Origin: Octopus bimaculoides
Taxonomy: Eukaryota
Assembly: GCF_001194135.2 (NCBI RefSeq)
Contig: NC_068981.1
Location: 13,865,593 to 13,929,592, forward strand
DNA length: 64,000 bases
Direction of reading: 5' to 3'
The position numbers and the translations under genes were made by a program. Below are positions 1-12,896 of this stretch, in pieces (the stretch's first letter is position 1; the number at the start of each line of letters is the position of its first letter). A model generated the notes under the pieces. The model searched no databases and was not told the origin of the DNA. It was given only the letters and a program-made list of their open reading frames with translations.

Positions 1-47
<47 letters not shown>

Positions 48-176
48 ATTATATATACATATATATATATACATTATATGTATATATGCATATACGTATA
101 TATATAAACATATATATACATATACATATAATATATACATATATATAATATATCCACATACATATATATATATTAT

Positions 177-227
<51 letters not shown>

Positions 228-246
228 CAACATATATTTACACTCA

Positions 247-287
<41 letters not shown>

Positions 288-297
288 ATACTTATTG

Positions 298-665
298 GGA
301 ATTTTACCAGCATTTGTTTTTGGTGAAGTACCGAGTTGTATGGAGCTGCTCTTCTCTGCGTGTCCTGCCGCGATGTGGGTTTATCCAGTATCTCATAGAA
401 ATCCGTGCAGATATTCCTTGGAAACCTCCTCATCAACACCACGTTTATCTCTAAGTTTGCTTGGAAGGATGTAGAATAATTTCGGGCCTTTGAAATGCGG
501 ACTATTGTATTACTGTGTCCTTATTTTAGACGGGGAAGACACGATCTGTATTATGATGCAGTGCCGTCCACTTCAAGGGTTGGGATATCTGTCAATTCCA
601 AAATTGGGAGCTAAATCCTCCAAGATCTCTCCGCATATCTCTCTCCTTTTGTCTCCAGTGAATAG
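298..665 (-). mobile_element. CR1/L2-group LINE, degenerate ORF2 3' end
   Basis: Frameshifted translation ILEDLAPNFGIDRYPNPxSGRHCII...KGPKLFYILPSKLRDKRGVD...DKPTSRQDTQRRAAPYNSVLHQ, typical of a LINE ORF2 C-terminus. Confidence 0.65.
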
Positions 666-669
666 AGAC

Positions 670-930
670 TCACAAAACAAAAAAGACGAAGACAGATGGT
701 GTAGACAACAAACAGATGTATTAGTTTTAACGCTCGGGAAGTGAAAAAGTCTTTAACGTTTCGAGCCTACGCTCTTCAACAGTTCAACAGAAAGGAACAC
801 AGAAAGAAAAAAAGGAAATAAAAATAAAGGATGTGTAGGGACTAGCAATCTATCATTACGAATGCCGGACAGAGGGGTCTCACAGGAGAGCTAGGATATG
901 GGGGAGATAATAAAGTAGTGGTGATCCCGA
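670..930 (-). mobile_element. Penelope-like terminal (pLTR) fragment with variant hammerhead-like motif
   Basis: About 130 bp are homologous to 26625-26755 in the opposite orientation. It contains CTTT-CTGTTGA-A-GAGC-GTAG-GCTC-GAAA-CGT-T-AAAG with an 8-bp duplication of the core. Confidence 0.5.
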
Positions 931-3900
931 ATATATATATATATANNNNNNNNNNNNNNNNNNNNNNNNNNNNNNNNNNNNNNNNNNNNNNNNNNNNNNN
1001 NNNNNNNNNNNNNNNNNNNNNNNNNNNNNNNNNNNNNNNNNNNNNNNNNNNNNNNNNNNNNNNNNNNNNNNNNNNNNNNNNNNNNNNNNNNNNNNNNNNN
1101 NNNNNNNNNNNNNNNNNNNNNNNNNNNNNNNNNNNNNNNNNNNNNNNNNNNNNNNNNNNNNNNNNNNNNNNNNNNNNNNNNNNNNNNNNNNNNNNNNNNN
1201 NNNNNNNNNNNNNNNNNNNNNNNNNNNNNNNNNNNNNNNNNNNNNNNNNNNNNNNNNNNNNNNNNNNNNNNNNNNNNNNNNNNNNNNNNNNNNNNNNNNN
1301 NNNNNNNNNNNNNNNNNNNNNNNNNNNNNNNNNNNNNNNNNNNNNNNNNNNNNNNNNNNNNNNNNNNNNNNNNNNNNNNNNNNNNNNNNNNTATATAGAT
1401 ACTAGTTAGGTCGAATTAACTTGCAAAGAGCACCTTTAGTTAATAAATATCATCGGTACGGGAGGACATCCAGTGAAATATTCAGATTATGTGAACTGGA
1501 AATATAACCGTTGTGAGTATTTTTGTAACATATCCAAAAGTCTACGTTATATTAGTCGTACGGTATTTGATATAATCCAGAATGTCCGACGGCCCGGGAT
1601 TCCAGTTAGGTGTATTATGAACAAAGAAATAACAAACAGTGGATAAGTGTCATTCCATTTTAGCTGTTTCTAACGAATTTTTTTCATAGACTAATGAGTA
1701 CGTTACATCGTAGACTGAGGCGTAGGGCTGATAGAAAATCATTAGCCTCAAATATTTGGCATCTCAGAGACAATATTGCTACATTTAATATAAAATGAGA
1801 TATAATTAGGATGGGGAAAATCATACTCCAACAGCAGATATGGGTGCAGACAATGCTAGGTGGAGATTTATGTGATATTAAAGTATAAGAATAGGGAAAA
1901 TTTAATTAGTAATAAATTGGACCTTCGTCTTTCATGTATTCATAATGTAACCCGCACCTCTAAATATTTTAAAGGTATTATCTAATCTGTCAATTTAGTT
2001 TTTAGCCAACGCTTTACCCTTGGCATGGTCATGTAACGAGATATTTCTTATTCTTCTAGTTTTTATCTTTAATCATTTTATATACCTGAAAACTATTATA
2101 GGTGTTGTATGAGATGCTGTCAGGACACACCATCTAAATCTATTAATCTGGGATTGAACATTTGTATTATTCAATCGATAATATAATATAATCATATATT
2201 ATATAGTATTATATACTATAATATGATCATATATTAGAGTGGCGAATGCATTTTAATTACCTATTAATCTTCACTACACTTGTAAAACAAACTAGAAATG
2301 TAACTAATGGATAGCTGCATACCCAATAACTTACAGACGATATTGATCTGGTATATCCCGTTCTCTATGTGTTGTATATTAGATAATTTTGGTTTTACCA
2401 TCGGAACTCTATAATTCGAAAAACAGGTAGCATGCTACCTATTTTCCCATTGACCCTTATTTTATAATACTTCCTTTTAGGTATACATATCTTTTTTTCT
2501 ATAAGTATGTCTGTTAATAACCTATGATGGATTTCCATTTGCATCTTACCTTACTCAGAAAAATCATCGTAGAAGATACTACGACTCTACGATTATTAGT
2601 TTTAATTACCAACATTCTCATAAACCCCTTTATTCAGCTTTATATCAATTCTGAGTTAATTGTATTCGCCCGCTGAAATTAATTTCGTTTTGTTTATGGC
2701 ACAACTACCTCAAAGCATCCTGACAATTGCTCTATGATCCATATTATTGCTGCTGGTTATTATGAATTATTATTGCTTCTATAGCGACATTTTCATAATT
2801 TATACAATCTCAATTATACTATTCAGGTAATAATATCTCTCACTCTCATTTTTGTCATTACCTTCTCCCGTTATAACCCCAAATTCGTACTTAAGTTCTT
2901 TCTCCTTCTGTTTGATTTTAAATAAATTTATGTAACACTCGTATTGAATACTTAATTGCTTGACGTATTCTCTATCTTAGCTTCAGCTCCTGTTCCTGTA
3001 TCCCCATCTCAAATCCTAGTATAATAAAACTGGCATAAAATAAAATGAATAGCAAAGAGATACATATATAATTAAACCAAACGTTGCCTTACACGTTATG
3101 ATAAACAAATAGATTGCCTGGCTCTTTTCTCTCTCCCAGCCCTAACATGCTCAATAATTGCCCTTGAAGCTATAAACCTTTTGTACCCACTACCCACTAA
3201 ATAATCACTTAATGTTATCCTGGCTTTGTTTTTCTCTCTCAACCAAAGCCAATCTTGACTGGAATCAGGTTTAGTTCGCCCAATGTGTTCGTGTGCTGTT
3301 CATATGTTGTTTGAATTGTTATACATCATCTGAAGAAAGCTGGGTTTTTTAATTGTGTTGAAATGTATTCATTAATTTATATGTATATACATATGTACTT
3401 GATGTTTAGATATCAGGTGGCTGTAAATTTCTCAATTATCACCAAATATTTTAACGTTCAAGTCAATATGTGCTGTTGATTGATATTCAACGATATTCAA
3501 GATTACAACTGGCGCTAATATGATGCCATACAGACCGAAACGTTTGATCATTTTTTTAAAGACAATATCAACAATCATGTGAATTTTAATAATTAGTATA
3601 TATAAATAAGACCCATATTCCAACATTCATTCGTAAAGTGTGTGTGCGTTAATCTGAACAAAAAAATATATGTTTTCTCTTTTGAATGTTAACATAATCA
3701 TTAACACAGGAATGTGCGGATGTAGAAAAATATAGGAATATCCGTATTTACATATGAGTATTTAACCCTTTTCTCTCTGTTATGTGTCTGAGTGTGTGCA
3801 TGCGTGCACGCATCCACGCACAAACAAACATACATACAGACTTGTTCACCATCATATAATTATATCCGAAGCTTCTAAAGATGTATCTGGTGATTTTCTT

Positions 3901-4314
3901 CTGAGGGATGTGCTACTGGTTTACTTTGTATTTTCACATAGAATAATAGATTTCAAAATATAATTTGTGTAATTGCATAATAATTTGAGCATTTCTATAT
4001 ACTTGAGTGCATAATTGATCTATACCATGCTCCTATAGAACAGACTTTTTTTTTACAGTATCAGAACTGTAAATAAAATAGTAAGATGCCGCATGTTTGT
4101 AAAGCACGGAATAGAGAATAGTTACGGAACTCTATCTCACTATGTGTTCGATAAGATATATGTGTATTAGATATATGTTTACAGATGTGTGCCAGAACAT
4201 ATACATATAAGGTATTCAAAGACCGACGGCGGCTAAACCCGAGTGCTCATAAAGAAGAAACATTAATTCCATGACATTCTTTCATGAGTAATATGTATTC
4301 TACATATAAAATCG

Positions 4315-5086
4315 TAGATTTACATCACATTTTTATTCTAAGCAAAGTTCGGAAAGTGTCAATTTATAAGTCGAATGCTTCAGAACACTAAATTATTAGA
4401 GCTAATGTATTTTGATCAAAAAACTTTGTTGCATTTCCACCTTGATCGAAAGATACAAAGGTCCCACTTGCACCAGATAATTTAGTGATATCCATATGAA
4501 TCGGTGTACTAAAAAAATTGTTGTATTTACTATTTTATATAGTTAAAATTCAATAACATTTTTCTTACGCCAGAGAGAAAACATGTTATTCTGTCTATGT
4601 AATCGTAATGTTCTTTAAATATGCACATATTTACATGAACGAAAATCAGTACAATGTATGAGAAAGAAGTGAAACACACAATATATAAGAGATATTTTGT
4701 TCGTGTATGAGTATTATGCAGAAAACGGTAGACAAATATACTGTAAAACATATGTCAAACGAAGGGAAACGTAGACATAAGCAAAACAAAGAACTTATTT
4801 TACTTCTTGAAATAAATTGACAATAACAAAAGCTTATCATTTCCCGCTAATCTCCAAAAAGTTTACCGTCAACAGAGTCACTCAATGATGCTAGATGCAA
4901 ATAGGTTCGCGGAGTCAATTATATGCTTGCAGCAACATTGAAATTTCCTAGTATATTGGCAGATTATTTTACATTTCGTCCTGTAAAATATTAGGAATTC
5001 TATACATGTCAGAACTGCTTTCGACTGCGTCTAATCTTAGATTTACATCACATTTTTATTCTAAGCAAATTTCGGAAAGTGTCAAT
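4315..5086. repeat. 49-bp direct repeat pair (4315-4363 and 5038-5086)
   Basis: tagatttacatcacatttttattctaagcaaa(g/t)ttcggaaagtgtcaat occurs twice with 48/49 identity. Confidence 0.9.
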
Positions 5087-6210
5087 AATGGCTGGCTAGA
5101 TAAGAAAATTGATGTTTTTCTATTACTATTACTCAGTAGAAAAGAAGAAACAAAACAAAAAGAGGAAAAAAATTGCGATTGGTATTCTTAAAAATTCCTT
5201 TTGATAACATTGAATATTCAGGAGGAGAACAGAAATAAAGCATTCGATATAGACACAACGGGGAAATTTCCAAATAAATTTCCGCCAAAGATACATTTTC
5301 TTTCGTTAACAGTGATTTTCTATTCGCGTATTTTCTGGCCAAATTTGAAAATATGGCAAGCTGAAACAGTTTTTCAGAGAAAAATTACCAAATTTATTCC
5401 TATTTCCATGAAACTATGCGGAGTATATATTTATATATTACAAATAACGTATGGTGTTAGAGAAAAAGTAAAACCTATATTGTAACAAAAATGTAGCAAA
5501 TATACTTGTTTTCAGTCTGTTGCATCAAATGATATATTTGCCATTAGCCGTAGAATATAGAGATTATAGATTTCTAGGGATTTTCAATAGGTATATATGT
5601 CTGCCTGTGTACACCTACGCACACACACACACACACACACACATACACACACACACACACACACGAAGGTAAAGGCACAATGTCTCAAATAGTACTCGAC
5701 GCCAAGTGATGAGGGATACTATGTTTATGACAGCTGGATTCTTACATCTAGTTATTCGAATCTCCCGATCGTCAGCGGAACATTAAAATTCCACCAAGAC
5801 ATGTTGTCGGTTGTCATAATTAACTCTCATCCCCTGACATAGAGAACTACTTTGAACTTTTCGTCGGTACCTATGTACACTATATGCATTAACTAAACCT
5901 GGAAAGCTAGGTGAGGAAAAATGTGATAGAGACTTCGTAGTTACGGCCTGCTGACCTTTGTCTGCCTTTCGAAAAGAAGCAAACGGAAACTTTGAAGTCA
6001 ATGTCAACCGTTTCCTTGTAAGATTATAAACTCTCCGAAGAGCATTGAATAATCTTCCTGCTTAATCTGAAATTCCTTTGCTATATAAATTCGCGCACCC
6101 GTAGTACCTAGCTGCATATATATAACTGTGAATATATGTATACATCGATATATACGCATTACTATATACATAAGTAGATATAATATATACCGCGGCGAAC
6201 TGGTGTAACG

Positions 6211-6345
6211 GTTACCGCACCGGATCTGAGTTCAAATGCTGCCGGCATCGTCTTTGCCTTTCAAACTTTCAAGCCCCCCCCCCCCCAAAAAAAAAGTATG
6301 ATTTGTACACGGGGATCGATGTAATCGCTTTAGTCTCTACACGAC
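6211..6345 (+). mobile_element. Degenerate tRNA-derived SINE fragment (family B)
   Basis: gcggcgaactgg...ctgagttcaaatgctgccgg...ctttgcctttca...gatcgatgtaatcg resembles the copies at 33807 and 57020. Confidence 0.55.
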
Positions 6346-6459
6346 GTTGTCGGCATTGTGTCAATATTTGAAATCAATCTATATAAAAATGCATGGAATC
6401 ATCTTTTAAATCATGGTTTCAACCCTCTTTTAAACACGCGCACACACACATATATATAA

Positions 6460-6965
6460 TTGTTAAAGAGGATAATAAACGTTAAGGCAAGAGAAACATC
6501 TCAAGTCATATACATTATTATTACTGGAAAAAGATTTCAAAGTCTTACAGCTGTTTCTGGGATATCCCAGAGTATGGGATATTCCGTCATCGGAGACAAA
6601 TAGGCAAAATGAGAAAGGTATTGATTAGTGAAATGAAGATATAGAGAACAGGAATAAAGGAATAAAAAGATGAAGAAAGACAAGAAAATAGAATAGGGAC
6701 TTATGGACTTATCTCTACAAGATTGGAAAGCTGAACTGTGAACTTTTATGCTTTTTTCTTCTCTTTCTTCATCTTCTTATTCCTTTACTCATGTTCTCTT
6801 TGTCTTCATTTCATTAATCTATTCTCTTCTCATTTCCCTATTTTGTCTCCAATGACGGAATATCCCAGAAACAGCCGTAAGACTTTGAAATTTTTTTTCA
6901 ATAATAATAATGTGTTTGACTTGAGATGTTTGCCTTGCCTTAACGTTTATTGTCCTCTTTAACAA
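6460..6965. mobile_element. Foldback element with ~230-bp inverted arms, PLE-terminus-like
   Basis: 6460-~6690 is the imperfect reverse complement of ~6752-6965, with TA-rich flanks. Each arm carries a hammerhead-like motif. Confidence 0.8.
6542..6597 (-). ncRNA. Minimal type I hammerhead ribozyme-like motif
   Basis: GTCT-CCGATGA-[stem II hairpin GGAATATCCCA/TGGGATATCC]-GAAA-C-AGCT-G-TA-AGAC. Stem I is GTCT/AGAC, the stem III loop AGCT is palindromic, and the core has U4C. Confidence 0.55.
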
Positions 6966-7116
6966 ATATATATCCGCTATATCAGAAATCTGCAATGGCA
7001 CCATAACTACCATCTCGGCTATAACCTTGGAGCGCTTGTAATCCGTTACACCACTTACCTAGCTTACCTAATTGCTTAGATCACCTGTGAATTAAACACC
7101 CATATTTTGTGTGTGT

Positions 7117-7195
<79 letters not shown>

Positions 7196-8205
7196 CATAC
7201 ACACAGGTATAAGGAGAGGCATTTAAACTGAAAGTTCTGTACGCCACAGAAGAATAGGGTCAAGTTCTGTGGTGGAGAATGAAAATTTTGGCAATAGGTT
7301 TATTAGATAAGCATTGAGCTGAAATAACGGACATGAAACTCGAACAGCTGAAAATGAGACGTAGACGTGCAACTGTACCTGTATACATGAAATTGACTAG
7401 TGATGTCTAATAGTGGAAACAAATTGAGACGAGAGGAATGTGCTAAAATCGATGTACGTACACATCCACACCTATCTGTATATATGCATATGTTTATGCG
7501 TGTGTGTCTATATACATATATATATATAGAGAGAGATTTATTATAGTATAAAATACTATAAATGAATTCACCTTAACAGGTCTGTTTTATATGCTGGCCA
7601 CTGATAAAATTTATAACAATTTTATCCTTTACATATATATTCACCTATACACACGCACGCAAACACACATGTATATTCACCCAATACAAATACTTGTAAC
7701 TCAAACAGAAAAAAGACAACAACACTAGAGTACAGACAATTGAATGACTTCACTGTTACAAAAACAGAATGCATAGCCCATGACCTGACACAAGTTTCTA
7801 AAACTCTCAAAGTCAAGCGACAGTTACAACATAATGAATTTGATAGACAGGAAATGTGCGCAACAAACCGAAGAAAAAAATCAACCCTTCTTTTGCCTTT
7901 AAAAAAATGAATGGCAAAATACACAGGAAATATATCGAAGCAACGAAGCAAGATATTCAAAATATTATGCGATTGAATTCGATAAAAACAAATTTTAGAA
8001 ATATATATACTTCTACTATGAACAAATTANNNNNNNNNNNNNNNNNNNNNNNNNNNNNNNNNNNNNNNNNNNNNNNNNNNNNNNNNNNNNNNNNNNNNNN
8101 NNNNNNNNNNNNNNNNNNNNNNNNNNNNNNNNNNNNNNNNNNNNNNNNNNNNNNNNNNNNNNNNNNNNNNNNNNNNNNNNNNNNNNNNNNNNNATATATA
8201 TATAT

Positions 8206-8242
<37 letters not shown>

Positions 8243-8739
8243 TTGAAATCAAATGAAAAGAGAAAACTCGAAATGAATAATACTAGGAACACAAGTAAAC
8301 ACTATAAACCAACCAATGAAATAAGTAGCCATAGCTGACACAATCGTAAAAACAATTTAACCAAAGTACAACAGACACATGTTGAAGCAAAGGAAACATC
8401 AACAAAAATGAAGCCATCACCGAAACACACAAAGGAACAGCTAGTAGCTATTGGTTCTCACTTGATCATGGTTGTTAGATTAAAACTGCAAGATTCATTC
8501 AGTTGGAATGAATCATATGCTCTAATATTTCTAATCCTTCCATTGAGTGCTCCGTTTCTAATACGTCGAGGGTCAGTAATCCTTCGTCTCTTATCCACAG
8601 ACCTAACAGTAATTCCTTCTTTTCCATTAATAAAAGGCAAAGACTATTAGGATTTCTGAATCACGAGCCTGCGTATGGAATTCTGGCTCTTTGGGGATTG
8701 CTGTAGACATGTGAAATTTTACGCGGCCACTTTATGCAG

Positions 8740-8877
8740 TAATATATAGAGGAGAATTTTGTCTGAACCAAAACCTGATATTCAGCCTCTCAATCAGTAC
8801 GCCTGATGTGCAGAAAGCATTTCGGGTTGTAACGTTCGAAGGATGTGAGGCGCTGGTGTTGTTTAGAGTAGGAGCTT

Positions 8878-8932
<55 letters not shown>

Positions 8933-9200
8933 CTTCATGATTGTGGAGCTAACGTATGTGAACACGTGGACTACATCTAGCTTGTAGTTTTTGAGAAGAA
9001 AATGCAGTGGTGTGTTCAAAATCTTTCTCAAATAGGTTGCTATACCGGTGACCATACTGAAATAATGATAGGTGTGAGAGAAACTGTTCACGAAGCATTA
9101 TAGTTGCTCTTTTGTGAGTCGTGCCAGAGCTTTGTTGTTAATGATGCTTCCTAGGCAAACAGCCATACACTGCAGAATTTTTGGTGGTTGTTCAGTCCGA
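8740..9200 (-). mobile_element. RTE (BovB-like) LINE RT fragment, degenerate, with internal (CT)n expansion
   Basis: ALARLTKEQLxCFVNSFSH...KNYKLDVVHVFTYVSSTIMKNLSL resembles RTE LEVVHEFTYLGSTITDNLSL. It is followed by YSKQHQRLTSF. Confidence 0.6.
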
Positions 9201-9585
9201 TATTTCAGCTATCAAGATGTTTGCCAGTTTCTTTGTTGTTCTACTCCGTAAACGTTTACAGAGGTGCTGTTTTAATTTTGTTTGGTTCTCAGAACTCCTT
9301 GCAGACATCAAGAATGGCGTCATTTTCAGAGAATGTCAAAATGGTTTCACATAGTTGACGTCAGGACTCATTTGCAGTGTCTGCAGTTTTGTGGTTTATC
9401 TTTCATGTCTTAGTTATGGGCTATTCTTCTTGCTATGTCCTTAGTCCGTTCAGAATGTTCGGAGTAGCGTGGCATTTGTATTCTATTAGTGTACAGTGTG
9501 TAAACACAAACACACACACACAAACAAATATACATACAAGCATGCATGTATTGATATTTACATAGAGAAATTCTAAAACAAACAC

Positions 9586-9631
<46 letters not shown>

Positions 9632-10224
9632 GCACGCTCAGAACCAAACATGACGTGATCAACAGTATCAACTAAAATCGAAGGATAGTTAAAATATGAA
9701 CAGTACTGACCTTACAATTTGCATAAACTACATCTTACACATCATCAACTATTTCTAATAGAAAATACCAGCAGATGATTACAGTCTCCTCTCAGCAGAT
9801 AAAATATTATGAGATTTGAGGAAACGCTGATATCTGTTAAAATCAGTGACTCATTTGACAAGTCCCCTCTATTATAATTACTTTAAGTCATTCTCAGAAT
9901 ATTCTTTTCAAAGCATTCGTGAAAGTGTCATCTTCTGTACAATTAGTAAAATATGTGGTCAGCATTTGTCAATCCTTCTGTGATGTTTATTTAAAAAGAA
10001 AAATAGAACTACTACACTTGATATGCCACACATTATGGCCCAACAAAAATGTAGCTCATTGCATATTACTATGCTACAACACAAGCATCGTGCATGAAAT
10101 TATCGCTATACGTAAAAAAAAAAACGCGAGGTTAATCAATAGAGAAAAAGACTTGTAACCCTCAAACAACTTACGGAGAAATTACTACAAGAGATCAATA
10201 AAAGCCCTATATACATATATATAT

Positions 10225-10412
10225 ATATGTGAGACTTATTCGGTAGCCATGATGAAACTCCGAGTTACAGAAGCCGGGCGGAAACCCACGCCGCCATCTC
10301 TTCAGTTATCTGGCCATTGAAAATTCCTATCTGAAGAGATGGCGGCGTGGGTTTCCGCCCCGGAATCCGAAACTCGGAGTTGTATCATGGCTACCGAATA
10401 AGTGTCACATAT
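10225..10412. mobile_element. Short foldback (~80-bp inverted arms) with hammerhead-like motif
   Basis: atatgtgagacttattcggtagccatgat... pairs with ...atcatggctaccgaataagtgtcacatat. Both arms contain a CTGAAGA core. Confidence 0.8.
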
Positions 10413-11746
10413 TTTTACAGATAAATTCCTCTATTTACATAATATCGGGGTCTCTTTCTTTCTTTGGTTGTCCTTTCTATCACTAGATGCGATAAATTAC
10501 AAGACTTAATACATATGTAAAGTATTCTTTGGTACATTACAACTGAAAGACTCCGATTTCCAGTACTCAGCGTTACTCATTTTTGATCATCACCTGTAAT
10601 ACATCCCCACACCTACACGGGCGGGCGCGCTTTCTACGCTATATAGGAAAGAAGTTGTTTTATTCATACATCATTCAACAGAATTATAGATAACTGAACT
10701 AAATGCAGCAATGGTCATTATTAATGTTAATACAAAACAGAATAAGTGTAGTAATCGAAAGTTGAACGCTTGATTTAAAGAAAAAACTTTAAGGACCCAT
10801 TTATCCATTTTATTATGAAAACGTAACAGTGTTAGAAAAGATCAACTGTGATTTTGCGTATTTTCCATTGGATGACATGAATATAGTCGATATCAAATCT
10901 AAAGTTGGTTGAGAGAAGAAATGAGTTTCAAAATCTCCTTTGAATAAATTATTAAGCCACCAAATGAATTAAATCTTTGGAAGATCCTCCAGCTTATGTT
11001 TCGAAATTGGTAACAGTTTTTATATTAGATTTATGGAAATAAATACATTTATGGCTAGTATCTAAAACACCCTCTATGTTTACATTTCTTCATAATGACA
11101 CATGGTTTACAAACATACATCCATGCATATATATTTGTATGTCGCACTTAACGATCGTTTTAACGATTATGCACGTACATTCTAGTTTGTTCTAGCTAGA
11201 TTCATTGCAATGTTATGACGCGTTAGTTTTCAGCGGTCTATTATATATATATATATATATATATAGTAGAATAACAAAAAGAAAGTTCTTCGTACACTAT
11301 TATATATTTGAAAATATGAGTTGAGATGGCTATTTGGGGTGCTAATTTTTATTTTAATAATAATGTTTAAAGCGAGTTACTCTGATGGGAGTTTCAAGCT
11401 TCACATAGCCGTTTTCAAACTGAAAATGTATGTTTTACTGCTTAACAAGCAAAACATTTTAAATAGCAAACATATATATGTATAGATACGAAAGCATGTG
11501 TTCTGGTTTCTTATACACACATGCTTAAGTCAAATTTGTTATAGACATCAATCTTAATGGTCATCTGTTTCTAAAAGATTCTGCTCTAACTCAAGTTCTT
11601 TTTATACATTCAATGGTTTAATTCCAATGCCTGTTCTACATACATAAATGTTTGGCATGATAATAAGAATATAACTATAAAATCATTTCAAATACTACAC
11701 CATTTATCTCCTCTATATGTCGTTGTTTTCATTCGTATGTTTTAGC

Positions 11747-11788
<42 letters not shown>

Positions 11789-11804
11789 TGTGTGTGTGTA
11801 TATG

Positions 11805-11887
<83 letters not shown>

Positions 11888-11892
<5 letters not shown>

Positions 11893-12095
11893 ACGTAGCC
11901 AAATGGTTAACGTGTAGCATTCACGATCACGTGGGTTCCCTGACTGGGTGGCGCTTTATGTTCTTGAGAAAAAAACATTTCATTTCAAGTTGCTGCAGTC
12001 CACCTTTAGATTAGTGGGGAATATTGGCCAAATTAAAACATTGCTAATCGCATTGTGACCGGTGATGTGTAACAACATCTGACTCTCTGATCGTA
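11888..12095 (+). mobile_element. tRNA-derived CORE-like SINE (family A), degenerate
   Basis: A-box-like tagccaaatgg and central ttatgttcttgag...tttcaagttgctgcagtccac, shared with other copies. Confidence 0.55.
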
Positions 12096-12686
12096 TATAT
12101 AGTTGGCTTGCTACTGATATATATGATCAAGATGATCAACACTAATTTTTCCCAGAAATTGTGTTTTGATATATTTAGTGTATTCCCCCCCCCCTACCCC
12201 ACCCAGACCTTTTTTTTCCGACATTAGCCTGCGATTTCAGAAATATTTTTGCTGCTTCTCTAGTAAATGAAACGATTAGTTATAGGCTTTCTCTTCACAT
12301 GTTTCATGTTTTATCGATTATAGATTCCATCATTAATTAGTTAGAAAACCAAGGTAATAAACTAATTCTCACAACTTACATATGCAAGTATGGTGAAGGG
12401 TTACTGGATATGATGGACTTTGATCAGGACACATATTTGCTGTGAGATTAGTTCGTATGTGTCTGTGGGAGTCAATTTCCTTTGTATTAATTCCATCTAA
12501 AAGTAGTTAATGAGTCTTAGTGACTCTATGAAAAAAACATTTCGTTTCATCTAGACATGATGGTTGATTTACGATTCTCTTTTTTGTTGTTTTGGGGTTT
12601 ATTTTTGTATTTTTATAGATAGTGTTGTGTTATTGAAGATAAAAATGCCCTTGAAAGTACAGAGGTGCATGCGTAAATATACTTAC

Positions 12687-12794
12687 TCTTCTGAGACCTT
12701 CGTCCACCCGCAATTCATAGACATCCAGTTTGTAATCTCTTCGTCGTCCTTGTTCGTCGAAAGCCACTCTTCCAGACAAACCTCTGATGTCGAC
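12687..12794 (-). CDS. Ionotropic glutamate receptor ATD exon (VDIRGLSGRVAFDEQGRRRDYKLDVYELRVDEGLRR)
   Basis: 108 bp, phase 0-0, with acceptor ttgtag and donor GTAAGT. The translation matches the iGluR ATD C-terminal motif GL(S/T)GxIxFDxxGxRxxYxLDVxEL. Confidence 0.9.
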
Positions 12795-12896
12795 CTACAA
12801 TACATTTGAAATTTCGATAATATTATGTGAGGCAAAAAATACATTTCAGTAAAAAATCTGTAACATTAGAAGAAATAGTACTTAACAGAATTAACA

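Noticed and set aside
1400-3300. Possible very old LINE or PLE remnant on the minus strand (LIGNxNA, YLVGSGYKRFI)
   Set aside because: Only scattered short motifs among many stops; it cannot be assigned without an HMM search.
3432-3626. Minus ORF ...FGLYGIILAPVVILNIVEYQST... loosely like the end of the ATD
   Set aside because: The similarity is too loose, and there is no usable acceptor or donor.
5690-6060. Moderately GC-balanced stretch with 35-75-codon open frames on both strands
   Set aside because: No recognisable domain or consistent splice signals.
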